NCBI GenBank assembly: GCA_035703635.1
Contig: DASSXV010000001.1
Span: forward strand, 1 to 45,460
Direction of reading: 5' to 3'
Length of the DNA stretch: 45,460 bases
Source of the DNA: Trueperaceae bacterium
Lineage (GTDB): Bacteria > Deinococcota > Deinococci > Deinococcales > Trueperaceae
Numbering within the stretch: position 1 is the stretch's first letter; every line of letters starts with the position of its first letter. Below the pieces are notes generated by a model, which did no database searches, was not told the DNA's origin, and worked only from the letters and a program-made list of their open reading frames with translations. Below are positions 19,434 through 28,746 of this stretch, piece by piece. The translations under genes and the position numbers were made by a program.

Positions 19434-20510
19434 ATGACACCCGCAGGCAGCGCCGTAACCGCGGACCCGCGCTCTACCGACCCTGCCGTCAGGGGCCGAC
19501 GCATCGCCATAGACGCCATGGGCGGCGAGCAGATGCCGCGCGCCGCAGTCGACGGAGGCGTGGCCGCCCACCTAGCTGGTCTACCAGTCGTGCTGGTAGG
19601 GGACGAGGCGCAGCTCCGCAAGGAGCTCGAGCGCGCAGGCGTTGACCTGCCAGTCGTGCACGCGTCAGACGTCATCGGCATGAACGAGCACGCAACGGAC
19701 GTGCGCCGCAGGCGCGACTCCAGCGTCATGGTCGCCATGCGCTTGGTGAAGGACGGCCGCGCCGCGGCCTGCGTCTCGATGGGGCACTCCGGCGCCACCA
19801 TGGCGGCCGCCATCTTCGAACTCGGACGCATCAAGGGCGTCGAGCGCGCCGCCATCCTCGCCACCCTCCCGACAGCCACGGGCGCGACCGCGCTGCTGGA
19901 CGTGGGCGCCAACGCGGATTGCAAGCCCATCTACTTGCAGCAGTTCGCCATCATGGGCAGCGCGTTCGTACGCAGCATGTGGGGCGTCGAGAAGCCGAAG
20001 GTCGGGCTCATGTCCATCGGCGAGGAGCCAAGCAAGGGCAACGAGTTGACGCGCGCCGCGCACGCCCTGCTTAGCGCGACGCCGAACCTCGGCTTCGTTG
20101 GCAACGTCGAGGGCCGCGACCTGTTCACGGGCGCGGTCGACGTGGTGGTGACTGACGGCTTCACGGGCAACGTCATCCTCAAGCAAGCCGAGGGTGAGGC
20201 CAAGGCCATCTTCTCCTGGGTGCGCGAGGCGTTGCGGTCGAGCGTGAGGGCGCAGCTCGGTGGCCTCCTCGTGCGGCCAGCGTTGCGCGCTCTTGCCAAG
20301 CGCCTCGACCCGGCAGAGTACGGTGCCCAGCCGCTGCTTGGCGTGCAAGGCTACGCCTTCATCGGCCACGGTTCGTCAGACGCCAAGGCGGTGACGAGCG
20401 CGGTGCGCACCGCAGCTAGGGCCGTGGCGTCAGGGGCGGTCGAGCGCCTGAGCGCAGCGATGGCGGAGTCGGGGGCGCTAGCTTCAGGCGACGCGAGCGG
20501 AGCGGCCTGA
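19434..20510 (+). CDS. plsX: Phosphate acyltransferase PlsX
   Basis: IAIDAMGG, LLDVGANAD, IGEEPSKG, FVGNVEGRD, VVTDGFTGN, GHGSS. Confidence 0.95.
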   Translation: MTPAGSAVTADPRSTDPAVRGRRIAIDAMGGEQMPRAAVDGGVAAHLAGLPVVLVGDEAQLRKELERAGVDLPVVHASDVIGMNEHATDVRRRRDSSVMVAMRLVKDGRAAACVSMGHSGATMAAAIFELGRIKGVERAAILATLPTATGATALLDVGANADCKPIYLQQFAIMGSAFVRSMWGVEKPKVGLMSIGEEPSKGNELTRAAHALLSATPNLGFVGNVEGRDLFTGAVDVVVTDGFTGNVILKQAEGEAKAIFSWVREALRSSVRAQLGGLLVRPALRALAKRLDPAEYGAQPLLGVQGYAFIGHGSSDAKAVTSAVRTAARAVASGAVERLSAAMAESGALASGDASGAA

Positions 20511-20519
20511 ACCGCCGCC

Positions 20520-21731
20520 TTACGGCGTTGCGGTAGCGAGCGCCCGCACCCACGTGATCACACCGAGGGCGCGCCCGTCCGCTCCCGTGGCAAGCGTTAA
20601 CTCCGGGACGTCGAAGGCGCCGGATTGCAGCGGCGTGTCGTACTCGTCGAGCCCGGTTAGCAGGTCGACCAAGGTGATGGACCCGTTGGTGAGGAGGTAG
20701 GCGAAGCGGTTGATCGGGTCGATGCTGCCAGCCGCCGCCGCCACGAGCACCGGGCCAACCTCGGGCGTTCCGGGCGTGCGGTGCAGCGCCACGCGGTTAC
20801 CGTTGAGCACCAGCACTTCCGTCGTCGCACCTAACGGGTCTGTGACCAGGCGCGCCCAAGGCCCGGCGTTGACCTCTAGCGTCGCCGCGGTTGGGGTGGC
20901 GCTCGGGTCGCTGAGGTCAAGGCTCGTCAGCCTGCTGGTAGTCAGCCCGACCAGCACGCTGCCACTGCCAGCCATGTCCACTAGGGCGCTCGAGTCGCCC
21001 AGCCGCGCTTGGCCGAGCCAGGTAGCCGAGTTGGTGAAGTCCGTCGCGTAAACCTGGGCTCCGCCTGGCGCGCTCACGAGGAAGTAGCCGCGTTCGCCGC
21101 CTACGACTTGGTCGGTGTAAGGCGAGGTCGCGAGCACGTCTGCGGTGGACCGCAAGGCGCTAGCGCTGCCAGTCACGGTGTTGAGCAGCCACTGCACTGG
21201 AAAGCCGGCCTCGCCGCACGCCGCCGGATCGTCGAGGATGAGGGCCCACTGCCCGTTGCGCGTGACCTGAAGCGCACTCGGGCACACCGTGCGGCCAGGC
21301 AAGCCGGGGTCGACGAGCACGCCGCCGCTGCCGCTGAGTACCACGCGCCGCGCCGGGTCCTCCGCGAAGGCCGCCGGCGCAGCGGCGTCGATGCCGGCGA
21401 CGGCGAAGCGCTGCAGCCACGCCTGGACCGCCAAGACTCCGCCGCTCGTAGTCTGCGCGCGCACGAGCACCCAGGCGTTCGCGCGCGTGAAATCGCGGTC
21501 CTCGACATCGATCGCCACGGCGTCGGCCAAGAGCGCGCGGTCACTGCCGGCCACGAACTGCAGACGAGCCTGACCCGCGGTCGGGCCACCGTCCTCGACG
21601 AGGGCCAGGGTCGGGCCGCTGGCGGCCGCGTAACCGACGACGAGCAGCGTAGGTGGCCGCGGCTCGGTCGTGCCCGTGCAGCCCGCCAGCAGCGCAGCTA
21701 ACCCTAGGAACGCGACCAGGCAGCGCTTCAT
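20520..21731 (-). CDS. Uncharacterised lipoprotein (403 aa, beta-rich, possible propeller)
   Basis: ATG 21731 overlaps the upstream TGA (ATGA). MKRCLVAFLGLAALLAG|C lipobox. Short beta-strand/turn segments throughout. Confidence 0.75.
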   Translation of the reverse strand: MKRCLVAFLGLAALLAGCTGTTEPRPPTLLVVGYAAASGPTLALVEDGGPTAGQARLQFVAGSDRALLADAVAIDVEDRDFTRANAWVLVRAQTTSGGVLAVQAWLQRFAVAGIDAAAPAAFAEDPARRVVLSGSGGVLVDPGLPGRTVCPSALQVTRNGQWALILDDPAACGEAGFPVQWLLNTVTGSASALRSTADVLATSPYTDQVVGGERGYFLVSAPGGAQVYATDFTNSATWLGQARLGDSSALVDMAGSGSVLVGLTTSRLTSLDLSDPSATPTAATLEVNAGPWARLVTDPLGATTEVLVLNGNRVALHRTPGTPEVGPVLVAAAAGSIDPINRFAYLLTNGSITLVDLLTGLDEYDTPLQSGAFDVPELTLATGADGRALGVITWVRALATATP

Positions 21732-24670
21732 GGTTCCCGTCCAGGGATGACCCAGCCCGTATCGAACACGTGGCCGATGCCTTGAGTGGCTCCAGGGGTC
21801 GTCAGGGTCACCGCCACCGCGCCCGACTTCGAGTCCCAGGAGCCGTACAGCGCCCAGCAGCAGCGGTTCCACACGACCACGAAGCGCGGTTGCAGGCTGA
21901 ACGCCGGGCTGCCCGTGCCGCTCGCCGCGAGGTCCCACACCTCGTTGAACACGGCCCCAACGTAGAGGGTGTCGAGCGGACGCACCATGAGTGCCACCTC
22001 CTGCAAGGTGAGGCGGCCCGAGCTCACGACCTCGGCCGCGTAGTCGTATGCCCCTGAGTAGCCCACGGTGCCCTGCAGGCCGACGCGCTCGTAGAGGTCG
22101 ACGCCGAACGTGAGGTTCCCGCGCCGCAGATAGGTCGTCGGTTGGCGGTCGTCCGCCCACAAGAGCTCGACGAACCCGTCGACGCTGAAGCGCGCCGGTC
22201 CGAGGACTTCGTCTACGAGCAGCACGCGGCCGGAGAGGATGGAGTTGCGGTAGCCGAGGTCCTCGCCTGCCGGGGCCACGCTCGGGTCGACGAGGGTCGA
22301 GAACTGCACTTGCCAGCTAGGACGGCCACGTTCGGGGGCGTCCTCGACACTGAAGGTGAGCGTGCGGGCGTAAGGCGCAGGCTGCGGCAGGCCAAGCCAA
22401 TCAGTGCTGAGCCACAGGAGGCCCTCCGCCTGAACAGCCGCGACGCCCGGCCATGCCACGCGTAGTTTGCTGGCGGCGAGCTGACCGGTCGGCAGACTGA
22501 TGCGCTCGCTAGCGTCGAACTGCAGGACGCTTAGTTCGGCGGAAGCCTCGACGGCGAAGGCGCTGAGGCGCCCAAGGTCGAGGTCGCGGGCGTACGTGAC
22601 GGCGAGGCCGGGCACGGCGTCTGCGTGCTCGAGGGTGCCAAGCGTGAGCTTCACCTCCAGGTCGTCGAAATGGTCTGGCGCCGTGCCGACCGGCAAGGTG
22701 GCTGGGGCGTAGCGGTAGCCGGTGGCGACGCTGAGGTCTAGCGCGCCAGCCACCCCGACCGATACCTTCACGGACGTCTGCGACGTGTCGCGTAGCTCGC
22801 CAGTGATGCGGTCCGGCGCGCTCAGCAGGTCAGCGCTGTGCTTGACCTCGAGCGCTGCCCTGAAGGCGCCGCGGGTGGTCAGGTTAAGGGTCGCGTCTAG
22901 CGTGCCTGGGTCTGGCGTCTTGAGATCGTAGCGGTTCTTGACGGTCAGACTGATCCAGTTCAGGTTGCTCAAGAGCGTGAGGGTCGATTCGAGGGGCGCC
23001 CAGCCCACCTGCGCCGGGTCGCGGTCGTCGACGAGGACGTAGCCGCCCGCCTGTTCGAAGCGCAGCCACGGCAGCGGGTCGAGGCGCAACTGCGCGCGGA
23101 CGTCGCTGCGGTTGCGGTAGGGGAAGAGGTCGAAACGGAAGGGGGTCTCGCCCTCGCGCACGTCGCGCGTGTAGTTAACCCCTAAGTTGCCGTAGCGCCC
23201 GAACTCCTGCCGCAGCGCGAGGTAGCTGAGCCACTCGACCTGCCTCTCCGCCGTGTCGTAGTAGTAGCCGGTGAAGTCGGTGCGGCCCTCGAGGCGTGCG
23301 CCGGGCCACAAGGCGAGGGGCGTCAGCGCGAGCGCGTGCGACTCGACCAGCCGCCCGCCGCTAGTGATAGGCACGACGGCCGCTGAACGGTTGAGGGCGT
23401 TGCTGCGGTCTTGGAACGCGCCGATATCTACGTAGAGACGCTCGAGGGCCAGCCCTCCCAAGTCGGCTGGAAGCTTGTCCGGCTCTACGCGCAAGCGCGC
23501 GATGGTCTGCAGCGGTTCGAAGCGGCTCGCATAGCTAGGGGTGCTAACGGCGTCCAGTGGGTCGAGGTCGTAGAACACGCGCGTAGTGAACGTGCCCCTC
23601 ACCCCGTCCTGCACTTGCACGCTCGAGTAGTTAGCTTCCCAGATGCGCGGCCTGCGCGAGTCGTCGCGGCTGAACAGGAAACTCGTTTGGGGCGGCCCAA
23701 GCACGGTCTCGTCCGCGTAGGAGAAGCGCACCACGAAGAGCGGTTCGAGGGCGCCGGTCGCGGCCGCCAGCGTGCCGCCCGCGCCGTAGGTGACGAAGGC
23801 GGGCGTGAAGTCGACGAAGAACTCGCCCTTGCCGCGCTCCGTGTAATAGCGGTGGTTCAACGACCCGCCGAGGTAACTCTCGAGCACGCTGCCGCCAAGG
23901 AAGAAGTCGCCGAACGCGGACCCGCCGGGGAGCACGTCCGCGTAATAGCGCAGCCCGACGTCTCCGTAAGCGTCGGCTCCAGCCGCATAAGGCCAGTTGA
24001 GGGAGAGGCGCGCGCGGCTCGTCGCGTTGCCAGTGACGTACTCGATGCGTGGTTGGCGGTCAGGCGGCGCGAGCGGCAGCACCATGAGCGGCAGTGCAAG
24101 CACGGACGCGCCCCGTATCAGCACGGTCACGTCGTACGCCACGAGGCGGTCGCCAGGGTAGATCTCGATCTTGCCTGCCTTGAAGGCGTAGTCCTCGAGC
24201 TCCTGCCCGCATCTCGTGCACGGGCTGAAGAACCCCATCGCCACCCTTATGAGGCCGGGCACGCGGCTGGCGCGGTCGCCTTTCACGTCGATCGCTTGCG
24301 TGACGATGAGCACGTCGTCGCCGCTGAACGACTCTGCCCGCAGGTCGATGATCAGGTCCTCGCCCGTCACGGTCTCCTCCCCGGTCGTGAACGAGCCTGG
24401 CCCGATCACGCGCACGACGCGGTTCGTTAGGTCAACTTCGACGTGGTCGGCCTCGAGCGTGTCCTCGTCGATGCGGACGACTAGGCCGTCGCCTGAGAGT
24501 ACGTAGAGGGCGACCTCGCTGCCGCCCGGCAGGGTGAGGGTGCGGATCTCGAGGCTGCTCTCTGGGTCTGAGCTGGCGTCGATGCTGATGCGCGCCGCCG
24601 TGGCCCAAGGGACAAGCAGCGCCAAGGTCAGGAGCGCGCCAAGTGGGCGCAGCCACGAACCTTGCCGCAT
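21728..24670 (-). CDS. LptD-like large outer-membrane beta-barrel protein (980 aa)
   Basis: Signal peptide, OstA/LptA-like jellyroll (LEADHVEVD...G..LIIDL), FSPCTRC, long amphipathic beta region, and WNRCCW adjacent-Cys pair near the C-terminus as in LptD. Lies downstream of two lptF/G genes. Confidence 0.75.
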   Translation of the reverse strand: MRQGSWLRPLGALLTLALLVPWATAARISIDASSDPESSLEIRTLTLPGGSEVALYVLSGDGLVVRIDEDTLEADHVEVDLTNRVVRVIGPGSFTTGEETVTGEDLIIDLRAESFSGDDVLIVTQAIDVKGDRASRVPGLIRVAMGFFSPCTRCGQELEDYAFKAGKIEIYPGDRLVAYDVTVLIRGASVLALPLMVLPLAPPDRQPRIEYVTGNATSRARLSLNWPYAAGADAYGDVGLRYYADVLPGGSAFGDFFLGGSVLESYLGGSLNHRYYTERGKGEFFVDFTPAFVTYGAGGTLAAATGALEPLFVVRFSYADETVLGPPQTSFLFSRDDSRRPRIWEANYSSVQVQDGVRGTFTTRVFYDLDPLDAVSTPSYASRFEPLQTIARLRVEPDKLPADLGGLALERLYVDIGAFQDRSNALNRSAAVVPITSGGRLVESHALALTPLALWPGARLEGRTDFTGYYYDTAERQVEWLSYLALRQEFGRYGNLGVNYTRDVREGETPFRFDLFPYRNRSDVRAQLRLDPLPWLRFEQAGGYVLVDDRDPAQVGWAPLESTLTLLSNLNWISLTVKNRYDLKTPDPGTLDATLNLTTRGAFRAALEVKHSADLLSAPDRITGELRDTSQTSVKVSVGVAGALDLSVATGYRYAPATLPVGTAPDHFDDLEVKLTLGTLEHADAVPGLAVTYARDLDLGRLSAFAVEASAELSVLQFDASERISLPTGQLAASKLRVAWPGVAAVQAEGLLWLSTDWLGLPQPAPYARTLTFSVEDAPERGRPSWQVQFSTLVDPSVAPAGEDLGYRNSILSGRVLLVDEVLGPARFSVDGFVELLWADDRQPTTYLRRGNLTFGVDLYERVGLQGTVGYSGAYDYAAEVVSSGRLTLQEVALMVRPLDTLYVGAVFNEVWDLAASGTGSPAFSLQPRFVVVWNRCCWALYGSWDSKSGAVAVTLTTPGATQGIGHVFDTGWVIPGREP

Positions 24671-24674
24671 GGGG

Positions 24675-25745
24675 TTAGCGCCGCCTCGCGGCGAGCAGCA
24701 GAACGAAGCCAGCCAGTAAGTAGAGGGCAACGGGCGCCCAGCCAGCCGCCCACGCTGGAACCGTGCCTTGTGCGCCAAGGAGCTTCGTCACGCTCCACGT
24801 AGCGTAGTAGACGAACGTAAGTAGCAGCGCCGCAACGAAGCCGAGGTTGGCGCCGCGCCTAAAGGTGAAGAGCCCGACTGCCGCGGCGAAGATGGCGAAG
24901 GACGTCGCGGCGAGCGGCTCCGCCAGCTTGCGGTGGAGCGCGGTCCACTCCGCCGGCTTCTCCTCCGTGTCGGGACTGCGTAGGCGTTGCACGAGTTCGC
25001 GCAGTGGCAAGTAGACGAGGTCAGGTGAGGCGGACGACGTGGCCGCTAGACCCCTTACTGGCAGGACCGCTTCTTCCGAGCGCACGTCGAGCGTGAGGCG
25101 TCCGTCGCGCAATACCCGCAACGCGAGGTCGTGCAGGCGCCACACGCCGGCTTGCGGGTCGGAAGCGCCGCTCGCGGCGGTGATCACCTCGCGGGGCCCG
25201 CTACTACCGCCAGGCGTGATCACGGTGATGTCGCGGAACTCGCCACCAGGCAAGACCTGTCCGATGAAGATGCTGCGTCCGAGGGAGTCCGTGAAGAACG
25301 AGCCGGCCTGCACGATGGTCTCCGGGCTCACGAGCATGATGTCCTTCTCGACCTCTGCTGCCCGGCGCTCGCTCCACGGCACGACCAACTCGTTGTTCAC
25401 GAGCGCGACCGCGCTGACCGCCAGCCCAAGCCCAAGTAGCGGCATGACGAAACGCCGCGGCCCAAGACCTAGGAGCAGCGCGGCCTTGAGCTCACCGTCT
25501 TGCCCGAGCCGCGTCATGGTCAGTAGGGCGGCGAAGAGGAGGGCGAGCGGCAAGCCAGGCGCGGCGGCGGCTGGCAGCTTGAACAGTAGGTAACGCGCGA
25601 GCAGTGAGACGCTGACGCCGCGGGCGAGGACGTCGGCGAGTACGCCGAGGAAGAAGTAGAGCAGGAGGAGTAGCACGAGGGCAACGACGCCGGCGAAGAA
25701 TATCGGCACCGTCTCGCTGATGAGGTAGCGGCCCCAGCGCGTCAT
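24675..25745 (-). CDS. LptF/LptG family permease
   Basis: RYLISE, P..LPLALLFAALLT..RL.QDGELKA, periplasmic jellyroll, HRKLAEPLA. ATG 25745 overlaps the upstream stop. Confidence 0.9.
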   Translation of the reverse strand: MTRWGRYLISETVPIFFAGVVALVLLLLLYFFLGVLADVLARGVSVSLLARYLLFKLPAAAAPGLPLALLFAALLTMTRLGQDGELKAALLLGLGPRRFVMPLLGLGLAVSAVALVNNELVVPWSERRAAEVEKDIMLVSPETIVQAGSFFTDSLGRSIFIGQVLPGGEFRDITVITPGGSSGPREVITAASGASDPQAGVWRLHDLALRVLRDGRLTLDVRSEEAVLPVRGLAATSSASPDLVYLPLRELVQRLRSPDTEEKPAEWTALHRKLAEPLAATSFAIFAAAVGLFTFRRGANLGFVAALLLTFVYYATWSVTKLLGAQGTVPAWAAGWAPVALYLLAGFVLLLAARRR

Positions 25746-26803
25746 GAGCGCAATGTCCGCGAGGCGAGGACCAGCGCGCCGACGCCTGCGAGGAGCGGGG
25801 TCAGCCACGCGGCGGCGAGCGGCCCTAGGGCGCCGGAGTCGAACAGGTTGCCCGCCAGGATCCAGGTCGCCCAGAAGCCGACGAGGAGCACGATGGTCCA
25901 GGCGAAGCCAGCTGCGCGGCCCCTGACGCGTAGAGCGATCGCGCCGGCGAACACCGCGAAGATGGCCGCGCTGAACGCGTCGGCAACGCGTCTGTTGAGG
26001 TCGTAACTCAACTCGCGCGTGTTGCCTCCCGCCTTGGAGACGGAGCGTAGTTGCTGCCACAACTGATCGACGGGGAGCTGCGCGGCGCGCACGAGCGTCT
26101 CGGTAGGGCTTGATTCGAGCGCGAAAGGCAGCGTCACGTCGGTGAACGGCGCGGGCGCCTCGCCAGGCCTCGTGACTTGGCCGGCCTGAAGGATCCAGAC
26201 GCGCGTCTGAGCGTCCCAGCGGCCGCTGCGGGCGCTGTAAAGCGCACCGTCTTGCGCCTGCACCACTACTCCGTCGAGGTTCGCGAGGGTCGGATCGTCC
26301 ACCACTGCCCTCACCCTGGCGGCGAAGTAGATGGCGTCCCCGATGCGGTAGGCCGCGTTCACCTGGACCTCGGCTGGCGGACGGGCGTAAACGAACGCGT
26401 CGAGGCGCTGCTGGTACGCGGCCTCGCCGCGCGCCTCGAGGAAGCCGTTGTTGACGAACGACAGTGCACCGACCGCCACCCCGAACAGGACGAGTGGCCA
26501 GAGGAGCGTTGCCGGTGCGACGCCCATGGCGTACGCGGCCTTCAACTCCGAGTCCCGCGCCATGCGGCCACCAGCTAGCAGAACGGCGAAGACGACGGCA
26601 ACTGGCAGCGCGAGGTGCAAGAACCACGGGAGGCGATAGAGCAACAGGGCCCCGATATCGCCCAAGGTGGCGTTCTGTTGCACCAAGAAGCGCGCAAGCA
26701 CGCTAAGGAAGTCGATGGAGAGCAGCAAGCAGATGGCGGCCACGCCAAGCGGGTAAAGCCCCGTCGTCTCACGGAGAAGCGCTCTCTGAAGGCGTTTCAG
26801 CAC
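25742..26803 (-). CDS. LptF/LptG family permease
   Basis: LPVAVVFAVLLAGGRMARDSELKAAYAMG, jellyroll, G.LGP..AAW.P. GTG 26803 lies 6 nt after TATACT (leaderless). Confidence 0.9.
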   Translation of the reverse strand: MLKRLQRALLRETTGLYPLGVAAICLLLSIDFLSVLARFLVQQNATLGDIGALLLYRLPWFLHLALPVAVVFAVLLAGGRMARDSELKAAYAMGVAPATLLWPLVLFGVAVGALSFVNNGFLEARGEAAYQQRLDAFVYARPPAEVQVNAAYRIGDAIYFAARVRAVVDDPTLANLDGVVVQAQDGALYSARSGRWDAQTRVWILQAGQVTRPGEAPAPFTDVTLPFALESSPTETLVRAAQLPVDQLWQQLRSVSKAGGNTRELSYDLNRRVADAFSAAIFAVFAGAIALRVRGRAAGFAWTIVLLVGFWATWILAGNLFDSGALGPLAAAWLTPLLAGVGALVLASRTLRS

Positions 26804-26919
26804 TGGCGCAGTATACCGGCCACGTCTGAGTTCACTGAGGCTGGCGCCTGGTCGGTGCGGCGTCCGTGATGAGGCGAGGCATACCGACCGGGGCGGCACT
26901 CCGCGATAGGATGGCGCCC

Positions 26920-27735
26920 GTGACAGGCACGTTAGGCCTCTTCTCTCTAGTCGACCTCTTCCAGCTGCTCTCGGCCGCGAAGCGCACCGGGCGGTTGGCT
27001 GTCGAACACCCCGCTGGGTTGGCGCGCATCTACTTCGACCGCGGGCAAGTCGTTCACGCCGAGTTCGGTGAACTCCACGGCGAGGAGGCGGTTTACGCGC
27101 TCTTCCGCGACGAACGCGGCGGCTTCGAGTTCCGTATCGGCTTGCCGTCACCCACGAACAGCATCGAGGTGAACACGGAGAACCTCGTGCTCGAGGGCGT
27201 TAGGCGCCTTGACGAGTCGCGGCGCGGCGCTTCTGAGGAACACGCCGTCTCGCGCGACGCCGTGCCTGTCGTGCCACCTGACGGCATGGCGCGCAACGTG
27301 ACCCTCACCCCAGATGAGCAGCGGGTGTTGGCGCTGGTCGACGGGCGCCGCAGCGTCACGCGCATAGCCCTCGACCTCGGCATAGAACCAGAGGCGGCCC
27401 TCCTCGTCTGCGACCGGCTCGTGCGCACCGGCGTGCTCAAGCTGCAGAACCGCAGGGCGCGCACTGCGCGCCTCGTTACGCGCCTCTCCACCACCCGCCT
27501 AGCCTCAGGCGCCGTTGGGCTCGATCCTTCGATCATCAGCGCATGGGAGAAGGTGCTTGGCCACACCATCAAGCAAGTGGCGTGCAGACGCGACGACGGT
27601 ACGGTTCAACTCTTCACCATCCACGAAGCGCAAGGCGCGGGCCCGTACCTGGAACTCGGCCGCGACACTCTCGTGCGCGCTGACCTGCGCGTGAACGAGG
27701 CGCTGCTCGTTAGGCCCGTGACGGAGCAACCATGA
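26920..27735 (+). CDS. DUF4388 (PatA-N-like) domain protein with central winged helix
   Basis: GTLGLFSLVDLFQLL...TGRL...IYFDRGQVVHA...LVLEGVRRLDE, then VLALVDGRRSV..IA wHTH. Likely GTG start at 26920, 7 nt after TAGGAT; ATG 26911 is an alternative. Confidence 0.85.
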   Translation: MTGTLGLFSLVDLFQLLSAAKRTGRLAVEHPAGLARIYFDRGQVVHAEFGELHGEEAVYALFRDERGGFEFRIGLPSPTNSIEVNTENLVLEGVRRLDESRRGASEEHAVSRDAVPVVPPDGMARNVTLTPDEQRVLALVDGRRSVTRIALDLGIEPEAALLVCDRLVRTGVLKLQNRRARTARLVTRLSTTRLASGAVGLDPSIISAWEKVLGHTIKQVACRRDDGTVQLFTIHEAQGAGPYLELGRDTLVRADLRVNEALLVRPVTEQP

Positions 27736-28745
27736 CCCGTGCACCACTCGAGGCGCCAGCCGCCGCCGGCTCGAAGCCGCTGCTCAGGTGGCGTGCGCTG
27801 CCGTTCCCGACCAACTGGGATGAGGTGTTCGCGGGCGCCCAGAGGCCGCGCGGCTTGACGGTCGAGGTCGGCTTCGGCGACGGTCGTTTCACGGTGCGCC
27901 GCGCACTCGCCGAACCCGACATGCGCTTCGTTGGGCTCGAGGTGTCCTCCGGCAGCCTGCAGCGCGCCCTCCGGCGCGTGAGCAGGTCAGGCGTCTCAAA
28001 CGTGCGGCTGGCGAAGGCGGGCGCGCATGTGGCCGTCAGGCAACTGTTCGCCCCCGAGTCGGTCGACGCTTTCGTTGTCAACTTCCCATGCCCGTGGCCG
28101 AAGGAACGGCACGCCAAGCACCGCCTCCTCAGTCGTCACTTCTTCGAGTTGGCCGGCTCACGCCTGCGCCATGCCGGCGAGTTGCGCTTGGCGACCGATC
28201 ACCCTGATTACTTGGAGTTCGCGCTGGAGGAAGCTGCCGCTAGCGGCCTCTACACGGCCATGCGGCCTGACGCGCCAGCCGACGTGTTCGAGACGAAGTA
28301 CGCCCTCAAGTGGCGCGAGCAAGGCAAGCCCCTCTACTACGTGGTTTTCCGCCGCAACGGCGCAACCGCGCCACAGCTTCCCCCGTTGGAAAGGCCCGCC
28401 ATAATGCCACACGCCCTGCTGCGCGGCACGTTGCCGCCCCACGCCCCCTTCACCAAAGTCGTCTTGCCTTACGAGGGCGGCCACGTCATCCTGCACGAGG
28501 CCATGAGCTCGTTCGGCGGTGACGACGGTCAGGGGCGCCTGCTGGTACGCGCCACGGTCGAGGAACCGGACCTCGTGCAGCAGCTCCTGGTACTCGCGCA
28601 GCAGCGGCGGCCCGACGAGGTCATCGTGCGCCTCGAGAGCTTCGGCGACCCGCTGATCACCCCGGCGACGCGCGGCTGCGTGCACGCCGTCACCGAGTGG
28701 CTCGTTGGCAACTCGCCGCTCGAGGTGACGGCGAGGAACTACTAA
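27732..28745 (+). CDS. trmB: tRNA (guanine-N7)-methyltransferase with C-terminal extension
   Basis: VEVGFGDG SAM motif, NFPCPWPKERH, LATDHPDY, TKYALKW, plus a ~110-aa extra C-terminal domain. Confidence 0.92.
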   Translation: MTRAPLEAPAAAGSKPLLRWRALPFPTNWDEVFAGAQRPRGLTVEVGFGDGRFTVRRALAEPDMRFVGLEVSSGSLQRALRRVSRSGVSNVRLAKAGAHVAVRQLFAPESVDAFVVNFPCPWPKERHAKHRLLSRHFFELAGSRLRHAGELRLATDHPDYLEFALEEAAASGLYTAMRPDAPADVFETKYALKWREQGKPLYYVVFRRNGATAPQLPPLERPAIMPHALLRGTLPPHAPFTKVVLPYEGGHVILHEAMSSFGGDDGQGRLLVRATVEEPDLVQQLLVLAQQRRPDEVIVRLESFGDPLITPATRGCVHAVTEWLVGNSPLEVTARNY

Positions 28746-28746
28746 C

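Noticed and set aside
20520..22160. 546-aa version of the lipoprotein ORF
   Set aside because: The signal peptide/lipobox and ATGA coupling place the start at 21731.
24675..27151. Long N-terminal extensions of the 650-aa and 469-aa ORFs, suggesting overlapping genes
   Set aside because: Arg/Pro/Gly-rich off-frame read-through typical of high-GC DNA. Family similarity starts at 25745 and 26803.
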